Source: Leidyana gryllorum EB-2025a | Lineage: Eukaryota > Protista > Apicomplexa | Direction of reading: 5' to 3' | NCBI GenBank assembly: GCA_048772705.1 | Contig: JBLWGC010000230.1 | Coordinates: forward strand, 248,001-312,000 | DNA: 64,000 nt | Part shown: one piece after another, positions 34,901 through 47,352 of the stretch | Layout: each line of letters starts with the position of its first letter | Position numbering within the stretch: position 1 is the first letter of the stretch | Translations under genes and position numbers: made by a program | Notes under the pieces: generated by a model | Told to the model about the DNA's origin: nothing | What the model saw: the letters and a program-made list of their open reading frames with translations, nothing else | Databases searched by the model: none

Positions 34901-37900
34901 CGCGAATGATGGGAGTTTTTGTTGGGAGACTTGTTTCCCGATGTTCTAGCAAACCAGAACCAATTAGAGAGACTCGCCCGACCTTTCTTCTTGGTGGTCT
35001 CGACCGTCTCCGTTTTGGTGCGTGCAGCAGATGCGGCAGCAGTTTCGCTGCTGACCATTTGGGGGGAGCCTCCCTCGTTCATGGCCTTGCCGAACATATC
35101 AAACATCCAATTTGTGGCTGCCAGGATGGAGACGTCCGTGATGACTTTGTAGGCCATCGTGTACATCTCGGCAGTGTAATTGCCCTGAGAGGGTTGGCTG
35201 CAGTGTTTCGCTTGTTCCTGCACATAATGTCATTAGTGAGACACGGCTCATATATGGCGTCTTACGGCTGTGAGAGGGCGCATGTGACGCCGGTTGAACT
35301 CGTCAATGTCTCCATAAAGGGTGGTGTACAGGGGACTGAAATAGCTACGTTGGTCGCATATAGCCTTCCACCAGACTGCATCAATACTGGTGATCTGGCT
35401 GCGAGCGACCGATCCTGGGTTCCGTGATTTGAAGATTCCAAACTTCTTTGACTTTCCCGCCTCGAGCAAGTCGTGGGGATCGTAAAAGTCGGGGCTGTTG
35501 TGAGAAGCATTATTGTGTTTGCTGCCTCGCCCCAGAAGGGTGTTGAGGGTGCTCTTCTTTTTGGTGTGGGAGGCTCGTGTCATTTTGGCGTTAAACTCGT
35601 CTTGAACGTGATGCAAATTCAGCATGGGAACCGATGGAGGACTTTGACGTATCGCGGGAGTGGGCATCGTCGATCTCTCCATCACTGACCGAGTCATCAT
35701 AGAGGATGCGGCTCGGGGAGATTGGCTCGTCTGACTGCCTTCGTCCATACTGTCATCGTCGTCCAGCGTTTCGGGGTGGGCACTGAACATTGACGCGTCT
35801 CTCTGCGCTCCAGCGGTGGTTGTCGCCATTATCCGCCCTCCCGATTGGTGTGCGAGGATCATTTGCAAACAGAAGGACTCGGGGGCTTCGCGGTCCCAAC
35901 GTATAAACTTGTCAGCGGAGACTCGGTAATACTCAAAGTCGGTACTCTTCAGCAACAGGACTTCTGTATCCAAAAAGGCTGTGTGAAGACAGTGGACAGC
36001 GACGAAGGGGAGGGGAGACTTGGCTGAAGTACTTGAAGGAGATGCCTCTGGAAGATCGCTGCTGCGTCGTCTCCAAGTCCGATGTTTCCCTGCAGTCTCC
36101 GTGATTGGATAATCGGGCCTCACCCCTCCGGACTTCCACAGAGATATATCGTCGAGTTTCTGAGGGGTCCGCTGACGCACGACAATCATAACATCGCCAC
36201 ACAAACACGCAGGTTGGATGTCACTGCTCGCAGAGCTCTGCTCGACCCCCGCTCTTCGCAGAGCCTTGAAATTGAACATGGCTTTGCAGGCATTCCTCTT
36301 TGGGTCGTCTCCTGTGGACTCGAGGGCGGCTCGACCGCTTTCCGTTGTCGGAATAAACATAACACTTGTGTCTGGATGGACGGGTTTGGCGGGATCTTTT
36401 GGCAATCCACCCAAAGATCCCAGGGGCCCCAAGACATATTGCGGCTCAACCTTCTGAGCCCTCTTCTTGAACTGCCCGAGAGCAGTCCACGCGATTTCGT
36501 TTCTGCACAACGGTATGGAGACAGGGGCAACCCTCGTTCACCTACTCGTTATACACGAGGGATGGGGCGTGAGACGACGCGATGCTCGCGTCTGTACCAC
36601 TTTCCGCACTTCGTTTCCGGGCGGTCATCGAAGGATTGGCAACCGATCCTCTCCTCGGCGGAGAGCGGTTATAGTCCTCGGGTGACCGATTTCGCAAAGA
36701 TGCAGCAGATCGAGAAGTGTGGACTCTTGTCGACATGGTCCCTTCGGCGGACCCGAATACCGTGGCCCGTTTGCTGCTGTTTTTCTTCTTACTGCGCTTC
36801 TTTGCAATGTCCGGCGCAGCCATCATGTTCCCATCTTTGATTGCAATTGGAAGCACGTGGTAAATCTCGACCACAATCCCTGAAGAAACTCCGACAAAGT
36901 CAATCACCTGTACCGATTTTAGCTCGAACGTCTTGAGATTCCAACGTTCCCGTGGCGCACCCTGTCAGACATGCGTGGAAACACTCACGCACTCGCGTGT
37001 CATCGACTCACAAGAAGAGTATGAAAGTATACAAGATATCTGTGACTAGATGGTTCCCATTGATGCGGATCTGACCATTTGAGTACACTGAGTGATCCAC
37101 TCCGTGTTAGGAGGCGGGAAGGCGTCTGTTCGTCGGACAACGCCGCCGGAGACGGCGACGTTTCTAGCACAGTTTGAGACAGAATATGAAAGATGGACTC
37201 GAGCGACGGGGGCCGGGGAGGAGGCGCTGGCACACAGTCCAGACCCCGTTGACTTCGACTTATGTTCTGTTGTGTCATCTCTATCGCAGCCATAGCAGAA
37301 CAAATCATTGCCAGCAGCTGAGAGTCGACCTCAGAGAACATGAGCACTGCGTGGCGCGCGTGTATGAGCGAGCGGACCCAGAAAGGGGGGAGTATAGTGA
37401 CTCACGAGCAATGTGGGCGGCGTCAAGTCTCAGCCAGAAGAGCAGAGAGTTGCAGAAGCGCCAAATGCTGCTCAAAGGGGGACTTCCCACAACGGGCAGT
37501 CTATATGATAGGACCTGCGAGAGAGTGTTGTCTCGAGCGATAGGCGGACACCTGCCTGACCTGGTGTCTGAATGTGGAGAGCATAACACTATTCAGCGCT
37601 TTGTTGCGATGTATAGCCCATATCATCCATTGTTGTACTTGCGTCGAGGGTGCCAATTTGTCTAAATGCGCCAAGATGTCTCGGGCCGGCGCCTGACAGC
37701 CCGAGGTCAAGGAAACCTGCTCATCCAGTATTGTTGGAGTTCGGCAGCAGAATATGCGCTTGCAGAGCTCCGAACGAGGGTTCAAACAGATGATATTCAC
37801 ACGAGGTGGAGGGAGGAAACTCGTAGTTGACGAACGCGGCTGACTCATCGCTGTCGGGGCCTCCGACGGGCGGAGTTTTGGATGCGATTTGAAGATATCT

Positions 37901-38175
37901 CGCCGCTTCGCATTGGGCTCTCCGATAATACTGGCCGGAGTAAATCTGCGAGGCTGACTCGCAGTGCCTTCAGACGGCGGGGGGGTGGGACTGGAGTGCT
38001 CAGACTTGGGTGGACTTGAATCCGACGGAACCGCCGGCTGAGGGACCGGTTGTAGACCACCGCCGTGGACGCGACGATGATCAGACTTTGTAGTAGTAGG
38101 GGAACTCTTCTTGGGAGCGGGAGTCCGGGGCTGCCCCACCGCTATGGTGGAGCACCGTCGGGCTGGATTTGGCAT
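31953..38175 (-). CDS. Formin (PTEN-like/C2 N-terminus, short FH1, FH2), apicomplexan formin-2-like; multi-exon
   Basis: FH2 motifs KKIHWKPL...TVF, ILDSKRAQNVSIVI, MLQVVLKWGNFVN, LLKLTEFRS...TSLHYI and AKFFGDD. Pro-rich KKAPPP stretch. PTEN-C2-like motifs PSSHRYLVYF, LCGDVMIVV and LHTAFL. Confidence 0.87.
32761..32829. repeat. 24-bp tandem repeat (acacagagacacagacactattga) x about 3 inside a formin intron
   Basis: Three near-identical units read directly. Confidence 0.85.
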
Positions 38176-38180
38176 GAAAA

Positions 38181-38603
38181 TCAGTCGTCAGTTTCGTCCT
38201 TCTCTGTCGAAGAATCACAAGAAGAAGAAGAAGAAGAACAACTACTGCTGTGTACCTCCTGAACGAGAGGCCTGCTGCTGGAGGCTGCTAATACAGGTTC
38301 AATCTCAACAATCGAATGTTTGTTGCTGTTGTGGCTAATCTCTTCCGGCACGTCAATTATGCCCTGTGCGGCCAGCTCAACCTGCGACGGCAGCTCCCCA
38401 GTAACCTCGTACAGCCCCATATCCACGTGCATCTCAACCACGGGCCCCTCTTCCTCTTCTGGTGGTAAATCAAGCCATTGTCCGACAGATGCCTGAACTG
38501 AACTCTCTCCTCCAACGCCCTCAATGGTACTTATAAAGGCATCCAATCGCGCTCGTACTGCTGCAAATCTCTCACTGTGTTCACTCAATTTCCTTACGGT
38601 CAT
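38181..38603 (-). CDS. Small acidic protein resembling NOPCHAP1/DUF4598 (box C/D snoRNP assembly chaperone)
   Basis: AVRARLDAFI...EEEEGPVVEMHVDMGLYEV and C-terminal RPLVQEV match the recalled family pattern (L.RL..F....IEM.LG.G..E; PLI.E). Confidence 0.55.
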   Translation of the reverse strand: MTVRKLSEHSERFAAVRARLDAFISTIEGVGGESSVQASVGQWLDLPPEEEEGPVVEMHVDMGLYEVTGELPSQVELAAQGIIDVPEEISHNSNKHSIVEIEPVLAASSSRPLVQEVHSSSCSSSSSSCDSSTEKDETDD

Positions 38604-38649
38604 CTGACGACGTCTCCATATATCACTTTTTTCTACCAAAAAGATACTT

Positions 38650-39642
38650 ATGGAGTTCACCATTGTCGCCCGCCACTCCGACGCTTTTCTGCTATGTGAG
38701 GGCTGGGATCCCGGCAAAAAAACGACCAAACCGGAAGAGGCTACAGCTCTACGTCGGCAGGTACGCTCATACCCCCACAACACTCAATCCTCCTCCTCAG
38801 GCCATTTCTATCCTGCAACGACTCACCTCGTCTGCATTTCGAGGTCGCTCCGATGAGATTGCCACCGGACCGGTAGATCTACCCGCTGGGAGTCCATTGG
38901 CCGCCAATCATCGTTTCTAGTACGTCCCTAGAGATATCAACATGGCAGTTGACAGCTCGTCCGTAGGGGGAAGTCTTGTCATCCTGAGCTCATTTGAAGC
39001 CTCGTATCCCAAAAAGTTGGCTCTGGTCTTCCTCGAGGAGATTCGAAGAGCGTTTTTGGTAAGTCCTCAACGCTTTCGCCACTCCCACCACCACCCCCAG
39101 GAGGAGATCAAGCGCGACCATGGCAGTTCAGCCGTCCATGACTACGCTAGTTTCATTGAAACTGCAAATACGCCATTTCAGTACATCCGTTTCGGTAAGA
39201 GTTGTGTAACCCCTCTCTCACTCTCCACCCGACCTTATGAACAGATCGAGTAATTGAGAGGAAACGACTCGAATTCCGTGACCCCCGGAGTCAGGAGGCC
39301 TATAAACGATTAAATGCCAACCTGCTGGAGGTTACTAGTATCATGGAGAAGAACATCACAGACTTGATGACGCGAGGTGAAAACTTGGACGGTAAGCAAC
39401 TCTCGAATTTCTCCTCCGTGGTTCAATCATAAATCAGATGTTGCTATGCGGGCTGAGGACCTCAAAGCCAAGTCTGAAGCGTTCCAACGTAAGCCATATT
39501 TGGCAAGTAGATTAATATCACTTCAATCATTCCAGATATGGCCAAGCGGCTTTCAGCGAACGCATGGCTTCAGAAGTATGGACCCTTCATGGCCGTCGGT
39601 GCTCTCACCTTTGCTTTCCTCCTGTGGCTGTTCGTCTTCTAG
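38650..39642 (+). CDS. SEC22: Longin R-SNARE Sec22; multi-exon
   Basis: MEFTIVARHSDAFLLCE start. Longin motif EASYPKKLALVFLEEI and ETANTPFQYIRFD. SNARE motif IMEKNITDLMTRGENLD. C-terminal TM ending LLWLFVF-TAG. Confidence 0.9.
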
Positions 39643-39671
39643 CAAACCGTTGCGTGACAAAAATTCATTGA

Positions 39672-42600
39672 ATGAGCGACTTAGAACTTCGCCTTCCCGA
39701 CGTAGCCTTATTATCTCAACACCCCAAATGGCGTCTTGTATGGTCGAAGAGTGTCGGAGAAGGTAAAGCCGTCGCGTTGAACCAGAAACTTGGGTACATC
39801 GTCCCCATCCGCCAAGGTAAGTACAGATAAACGAACCAACGACCGAAGTTTCGACTTGTGAACGTTGCATGTCATTGGCGGGGTTTTGGAGGAGGCTAGA
39901 GCTGCCACCTTCGCTAAGAACGTTGAGGCACTGCCAATCTCCCGTCGAACACGCTCGAATTGAAGCACACACAATGATAAGTCGAGAAATGGGACTGCTG
40001 TGATGTTGTTATCTGACATTGAATCTCGCTGTGGCGTCGATGATGCTCCCAGTGGTGATATTCTGACATGGAATGATGACTGTGTTCGTCTATTGCAGGC
40101 GACACCCGGGAGGACAAAGCATTTGCACTAAACTTTGTATCCCCTGTGACTGGTTGGATACTGAAGAGGTTGCGAAGCAACAAGGCGGATATCACAGTAG
40201 ACGATGCCGATGCTGTGATATTGAGATTCACTTTGACTTCGCAGTGCAAGCACGATGTAGTTCTCAAGGGCTTGTGTGCTGGATGTGGTGAACTGATTCC
40301 TGCGATTGTGGGGCCGAAGCCCAATACTGCTACGGAACAAATGATCAAGTTGGGGTTTGTGAGCACCGACACGGACATAACTGTGTCCAAGGAAGTAGCT
40401 CAAACACTCACGGCTGGAAAGGTCTCCAACTTGTTGAAGAATAAGCGACTTATATTAGTTCTGGATTTGGACAATACACTTGCCCATGCGGACCAGCGAG
40501 GTCCTGTACACGACCTGTTGAGACCCGATAGTCAGTTCGAGTACAAAAAGTACACAGACGAGGTGGACCGAGAACGGAATCTGCCTGAAGGGTCTTCGTC
40601 AAGATTCGAGCAAGTGGCGGTCATTGACTTTCGAGGGGATGATGCGCGCAATCTGATGGACTGTTTCGTCGTTCAAGCAGCGGACGGTTCGCCACCCCGA
40701 GCTGCGCACTATATAGAGAATGCGGAGAACGACCCGATTGCGGGTCCACACATTCGTGTTCTGGAGAAACAATTGTTTGTTGTCAATACTGCTGTACACT
40801 TCCGTAAGACTCACTGAGGGTGAGAGACTGTCGTGTGATATGCGTGCATTGCAGAGAAGCCCGACGGAGGGAGCCTTGTGAGCATTCAGAACTCGTGGTT
40901 CAAGTTACGGCCGGGGGTGATACGGTTCCTGCGGACGATGTCTGAGTACTTTGAGCTGTATCTGTATACCGCCGGAACCATTGAACATGCGGAGAGCGTA
41001 CGTAAATTAGGAATATTGGCTTTTTCACGTCTCCCCTTTAGGCACTCAAGCTGCTGGACCCGGAACGGCGATTTTTCGGCGAGAGAGTATTCGCCCGAAC
41101 CGCGCTATCTGGTGATGGGACAAAATCCCTGGCCACGATATTACCCACTGATCACGAAATGATTGTGGTGATTGACGACACCCGACGGGTGTGGGCAGAC
41201 GACGTTGCGTTGTTAATGTGTTATCCTTATATGTGGCACAAGGAAGAGAATATCCATTTTCTGCTCCCTTTGAGGGTATACGGCGAGGCATATGTCAAAG
41301 TTCGTGCCGCCCGGACTGCGCTCGCTCAGTACTCTCCGAAACACATCCGGGCTATGGACCGAGTGATCCGAGCCTGGATGGAGGAGCGAAGGAAGATGCC
41401 CGTTGAGGCACCCGTTCCCGAGAAAGTTGCGGGCGACGTGAGTGAAAAGCCGCGTTGTTCGGTATAGAATCAATGTGCAGATGGAGACGACAGAAATGAT
41501 AGAGAATGCCGTTGCGATCGCTCCCAACGAAGACATTACCGATTCACTCGTAGCTGAAGAGCAGTCGGCGGAAATGGCCGAGAAGCCGTCAACAGCAGAC
41601 GAGGTCGCAGAGCAGAGAGAAGTCGCTCACGAGGCACCTCCGCCCGCCGACGACGAATCCTCTGAAGGTATCTCCACGGCTATGGTCGAGCAGAAGACAG
41701 TTCGATCGCTGTACGGGGATCTCGCACACACCTGGGCCAAGTTGAATCTGGAGACCCGACTGGGAACTCCGTGTCCGAGTCGAATATTCGACAGTGACCT
41801 CCAATTGGACAACTGCTGCTCTGTGCTTCGGGCTTTACACTCAGTCTTCTTTGAAGTGGTGAGCGCGATTTGTTCTTGTCAGAGAGACAGTGACCCACTT
41901 CACTTTCCTCTTCCACAGATCGAAAAGCAGTCTGCCAACGATACAATCTTTCTGCCAAGTTGCAAACAGATTCTGGAACTCTTGCGGAAACGAGTTTTGA
42001 TTAATTGCGTCATTCTCTATATGGGGCCGCCTGCGTTCGCTGACACGGACCTCTACAAACTGAGCATTCTGTCTGGGGCTACAATTGTTTTCAATGACGA
42101 ACTGCGGATGCCTACCCACGTCATTCCCTACCCGCTGCAGCCAATGCCGCCGAATAGCGGTCGATATCACATAGTTGATGTGGAGTGGCTGGAATGTGCC
42201 ATCTGCTGTTTGGTGTAAGTTGTTTGTTCGAGTGCCTCCCCCTCTAAGTAACTTCAGACGGCCGCCGGAAGCGCCTTTCCATCCTGCGGTTGTGAAACAA
42301 CGTCGCGTGTTTTGGGACATCTGTCGCTTGAAGTCGAGTCCGCCTCAGCACCAGCGTGGTGGCAGTGACTCGGGGTTCGTTACAGCCGAGTCTGAGGAAG
42401 CAGAAGCCGTGGAGGAGCGCACCACTGAGCAAATGAATGCGGAGATCAAGTTTCCTTCGAAGCGACTGAAGAAGAGACGGCGAAGTGCTTCGGAAGAGAC
42501 ATCGGTGTGCGTCGAATTGGAGCCTGGATACCTCGTGCCTCACCGGATGGTAGAGGAATTTGCCCACGAAAGCTCGTCTACCAGTGTGAACTTTAAATCC

Positions 42601-42696
42601 CGAAATTTGGTGTTTCAAGGCTGTCTACCTTTCAGCGCGGACGTTGACGACTTAGCCGCAGACTTTATAGCTGAGTTTGGAGAGTCTCCTTCATAA
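39672..42696 (+). CDS. FCP1: RNA polymerase II CTD phosphatase Fcp1 (FCPH + BRCT); multi-exon, 5' exon inferred
   Basis: FVSPVTG...CKHDVVLKGLCAGCG. HAD motif LVLDLDNTL, KLRPG, FELYLYTAGT, LDPERRFFGERVFAR and VVIDD..RVW. BRCT-like THVI...IVDVEWLEC. Confidence 0.88.
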
Positions 42697-42748
42697 AAAG
42701 GGAGACAAAGTGACAGAGGGTCTCTTCTCCCTCTCTCCCTCCCGGCAA

Positions 42749-45354
42749 TCAACGGCTCTTCATTTTCTGTGCAATTACATCGATTCCTTGAGGATAGGCA
42801 ACGACAACGGTCCCATCTTTCAACCCTCTGGAATCCTTTATGTATGCGGGTGTGATCTTGATGCTGTATTTGTCAAACACACCCCTGCGGATGCTCTTGA
42901 AGTCCCAAACGATCGCCAGATTGCCGGTGGACGTTAAGATCCCCCGGAGATTGGGATCAAACACAGCCGGTTGGAAGTCTATGTCGGTCAGTCCATACTT
43001 CATCACATCTTCACGTTTCAGTCGGAGATAGATCGCGGGCGGCTTGTCTTTCCCCAGTCTCGTCGTGAACCCAGTTTGGCCCGTAGACCGGAGACGCGTC
43101 GGATAAACGACCAGACAAGTCCTCATTGTTGCTGAGTGAATTGATAACCGCCGCCCCCCATACTGCCCTCTTACCACAAATCCAACTTCCGTCAGGGGTG
43201 ACATCGACGGCTTTGATGGGTTCAGCAATGGCATCGAGTTGCGTTTTGGCAATCTTGAATTTCTCCTGTGCATTCGGTTGTCCGTCGTACAACCGCAATT
43301 GTCCTTTGCGGTTGGCCAAGAGGATATGGCCCGCCTCATCGGTCCCGGCAGCCGAGAAGCCCGGATTGGTGGCGTACTCCAGAGTGTGTCCACGGGCCTT
43401 TTTCGACCGAGTATCCATCAGGAAGAACGCCCGATTGTTCGCCGCCATGAAACTCGATTCACCCGTCGTGTTGCTCCCCTTATAGGCATTGAAAATCATA
43501 TCCACCTGAGATAGGGTTCACTTTGCCAATTGCCGATTTCTCCCTTACTGGCAGTTGATCGGAACTAAACTTGCTGACGACAGTCTCCCGTTCCAAATCC
43601 ATATAGTATACGGCGTTAGGATCGTTGTCGGCGCGCATGAGAAGTTTCGATTCCTAAGAGAGACGCATGGAGACGCCGACCCCGCACAAAGAAAGACTCA
43701 CCCCACTGTGCAGAAGACCATCAACCGGCACCACTGTGTCTTTGTTGTAGGTGAACCGATCTCCTGTTATGGTGGTGACTTCGGCCAGTCCCCTATCATT
43801 CTTAGCGTAAACATTGAGATCAAAATCAGTTCTCTTGGACGTTGATTTCACGTATACAGGAGACGTCGCTGCCTGGTTAGCGCGACACACGAACGATCGG
43901 CCTCCGCCACATTGCATAAACCGATGTAATTTAGCATCGGGGTCCTTTTCAATAATCATGTCACTCGGATCATAAGAAATCGAGGTACGATTGCGCCGTC
44001 TCTTATTGACGGTCGGAGACTCCTCATAATCATCCTCTACTTTGGGTATTGTCAGTGGAACATTTTCTGCCTCGGCTGCTTCTTCTTCCTCTGCGTCCTC
44101 CAAATCTCGCAAAGAGTCCTTTCGACCATTGTCCTCTTCCGCCTCGGCGTCAACCTCATACTGTCCGTCGTCCCACATCACATCGTCGTCATCATCCCCA
44201 CCGTCTCCCACTTCATCGCGGCCGCCCGTTGCATCAAAGCCCGCTAGCGCCTGCAATAGCTACCCGATGCTTAGACACCTTCTTACCTGTTCAACGTTCA
44301 CTACTTTCTCTTCGTACCCGACAAGTTTCTCGAATAGCTTCAAAACCTCTGCCGAGTCCTCTCGTGCTTCATTGTTGATAGTAAATTTCAGCATATATTT
44401 GGTCGGATGGATGTCTCCACTGTTGCCATCGAGACTCAGATAAGGTCCCCATATTGTGAAGACTTTGGGCTCCTCGGTCGACCAATACTGAAACTCCCGT
44501 GTTAGCTCACAGAGGAACAGCGTGTCATTCTCGGGTGTGGCCACACACACCATACCGAGGCCGTCTTCTTCCCGCCGGCCTATCATGAAATGCTGACCTT
44601 CAGACCACTCCCGCCATTGTTTGGTGTGAACGTCATAGACGCTCAGGTCGACCTTGAAGGAGGAGAGGACCTCTAAGCTATCAAACAATGACTCCTGTAA
44701 GGCCACACGGAACTGGGCAGCGTCGGTGGAGGAGGGGAAGTGGAAGCCGTACTCGATAGCGTCCTTGTTACCGAAACCCCGTACTAAGAATTGACACGTT
44801 GTGGACCGATGTTGACGGACAGCACAGATCTTAGAGATCGGGTAGGAGGTGTCCACAATACCGTTGTTCTCGAGGATCTGGACTTCGGTGGGGGCCACCT
44901 GCACAGTGGCTCTGGGATGGACCATCTCCAAGCGATTGCCGTCAATTTTGTAGAGGACGGCTTCCACACTCTTGAGAGGCCCAACGTCGAGCGTTTCCAC
45001 AGTCGGCTGAGCCACAGCAGCCTCCAAGAGCTCTTCAGGGACCGTCTTCTTGGCAGAGCTGGACTCGTCTTGACGCGTCGGCCCCTTGGAGGAGGAGCTT
45101 AGATCTTGACTGGTGAGATCGCTCTCGTCATCTTCAGCAGAGGAGTCATCAAACTCGGCACTGTCCTGTTCCTCATCGCTGTCGTCTGAGGACCCAGAAG
45201 ATCTGTCGGCCTCGTCGTCGTCGTCGTCATTGTCGGCGTGACCGGAGATGGGGCGGCCATTCTCGTCGGTGCAGGGCTCCGTCTCCTCAGCGAGAGGATC
45301 CTTCCTCCCTTCAGCTGGGGTGTTACCGAGGATTTTCGCTAAGGTGTTCCACAT
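42749..45354 (-). CDS. VID27: Vacuolar import and degradation protein 27-like (PH-like N-terminus plus WD40-like C-terminus); multi-exon
   Basis: YATNPGFS...G.LRLYD, AKTQL...PIKAVDVTPDGSWI, TGFTTRLGKDKP...LRLKREDV and ILTSTG...IVWDFKSI. Confidence 0.85.
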
Positions 45355-45399
45355 TGAATGATGAACAGATATTTTCTTGTTCAGAATCAAAAAAAGGCT

Positions 45400-47327
45400 T
45401 CAATCAGGTGATGATGAATGATTCGGGTCAATAATCTGAACGAATTCGTCATAGTCAATCGACTTGTCCCCATCCCGATCTGCTTCTCTCAGAAAGCGTT
45501 CTAACACGCGATCACCATATAAAGATCCCAACACTTCTCGCATATTCTCCACATTCACCTGTCCCGTCCGAGTTCTGTCAAACTTCCAGAAAGTACTTCG
45601 CATCAAATTATCGTCAAGCGGCAGAAACGACCCCAGCAATGCACATAGGAAATCTGCAAATTCAACAACATCGATCATCAAACTCTCTTCTCCATCCAAT
45701 CTCACCATTATAGCTCACTGCTCCCCGATTGAAGATATCCATTGCTTTAGCGATCTGAGTGCATCGCGTCTTCTCCAAAGTTCTGTCTAATTTCCCGAGG
45801 AACGTTTCCAATGTTGGTATAGTGATCAATCCCTCTCCCGACTCGTCAAGTAAAAGAAACAAGTCTCGCGCCTCTGTCAATAAATCATTGAGGCAGAAAG
45901 GGACGAGAAGCTCAACTCACCAGCGATTGTGTCAGACGATAACCCGAACGCCATCAAAGCCAACACGATCTTCTGGAAGAACTTGAAGTCTGGGGTCATT
46001 CCAAAGGCTCGAGGCAACTCGACGAAAAGACGATATTCGCTCAGCAGTCGGTTGGATATCGAACGAGGACGCGCTCGCGGCCGTGCCAGAATCCACGGAT
46101 GCTCAAACGCTTCTCGGGCAGTCATTCGGGCCAGAGGGTCTCGGGTTAAGAGACGGGATATAAAGTCGATGCAGTCTCCTGAGACTGCCGACGACACTCG
46201 AGGGGGGAGGAAGGGCTCCGCCCCCCCAATTATCTTATCAACCATCTCTTCCTCTGACCCGTAAAAAGGAGGCTCGCCAGACACTAACATGTAAGCCAGA
46301 ACTCCCAGACTCCACATATCGCACTGCGAATTATATCCCCCAAGAAGCACCTCTGAGGAAAGAACAACTTATGGGTCGCGCCGGCGACGGCCATTTGTGG
46401 CCGTTGTGCTCTCACCAGGTGCAACATAGGGTAAAGTGCCACACGCCGCCTTCATACTTCTGGAATCCACCTTGAACGTACGGGCGAGCCCAAAGTCGAT
46501 CAATTTCAAATATGGGACGTTCTCTGTGACGCCACAATTCGTCCAATTGCCATCAATCAGCCAATGCTCAGCCTTTATATCTCTGTGTGGATTCAACACT
46601 GAGTGTACCGCCGCTCACACCATTCTGGTGCCTCACCTGTGTACTACATTTTGACTGTGGAGGTATAAGAGTGTCCGAGTCATTTGAGTCACAAACGCTC
46701 TCGCGAACGCTTCAATTTCAGACGGAGCTGATTTGCTGAGACGTTGATTCGCTATCCAAGTCAGCAGATCGCCGTCAGCACAGTATTCCATCACAAAGTG
46801 CACAGCAGAGGTATCTTCCCATACCTCGAGTAACCTGCAGCGCGACCAATAAGGATTAGGGGCCGCGATCCAGTCTCACCGTGCTACATGGGGGTGGTCA
46901 AGTTTGAGCAGAACCTGTGCCTCATTCCGAAGTAGATTAACCTAAATAATGATAATGTGTCACACATCAAAAGGTGTTGGCCGAACACACTTACTTTCTC
47001 CTTGCTGGCGCCCGCTTTGATGAATGTTTTAACAGCTCGTCGGCGTCCGGAATATCTGTCAGCAACCGTACGGACCTGACCCGTCTGGCCACTGCCAGCG
47101 ACGTGGGGCTCGAAGACATACGCAGAGGATATATCCCCCCGGTTCACTCTCCCAATAGTTTGGATAACCAGTCCTGCATTCTTCGACTGCAGTAATTTGA
47201 CTACGACTCGTCCTGTGAGGTCGAAAAGGCGGGGAGCCGGAAGTGCAGCAGCATACGCTTCATACTTCACTTCAGCCCCCTTGGAATCTCCTGCATTCCG
47301 CTTTCTACGTGACGGGAAACACGGCAT
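45400..47327 (-). CDS. Calcium-dependent protein kinase-like protein (kinase domain plus four EF-hand positions), atypical; multi-exon
   Basis: GSGQTGQV loop, RAVK lysine, HRDIKAEH, LIDFGLA, CGTLPYVAPE and CDMWSLGV. C-terminal EF hand DRDGDKSIDYDEF. N-terminal MPCFPSRRK has a possible palmitoylated Cys. Confidence 0.87.
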
Positions 47328-47352
47328 ATCACATGCACACCTTTATTTTTCG

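Noticed and set aside
20306-38175. Functional 'gliding cluster' of adhesins next to a formin
   Set aside because: SWC5 intervenes, and neighbouring genes are functionally unrelated throughout the window, so the adjacency is probably coincidental.
39711-40019. 102-aa minus-strand ORF with faint resemblance to mitoribosomal mL53
   Set aside because: The similarity is too weak to call and the ORF overlaps the inferred first FCP1 exon. It is kept only as an open alternative in the findings.
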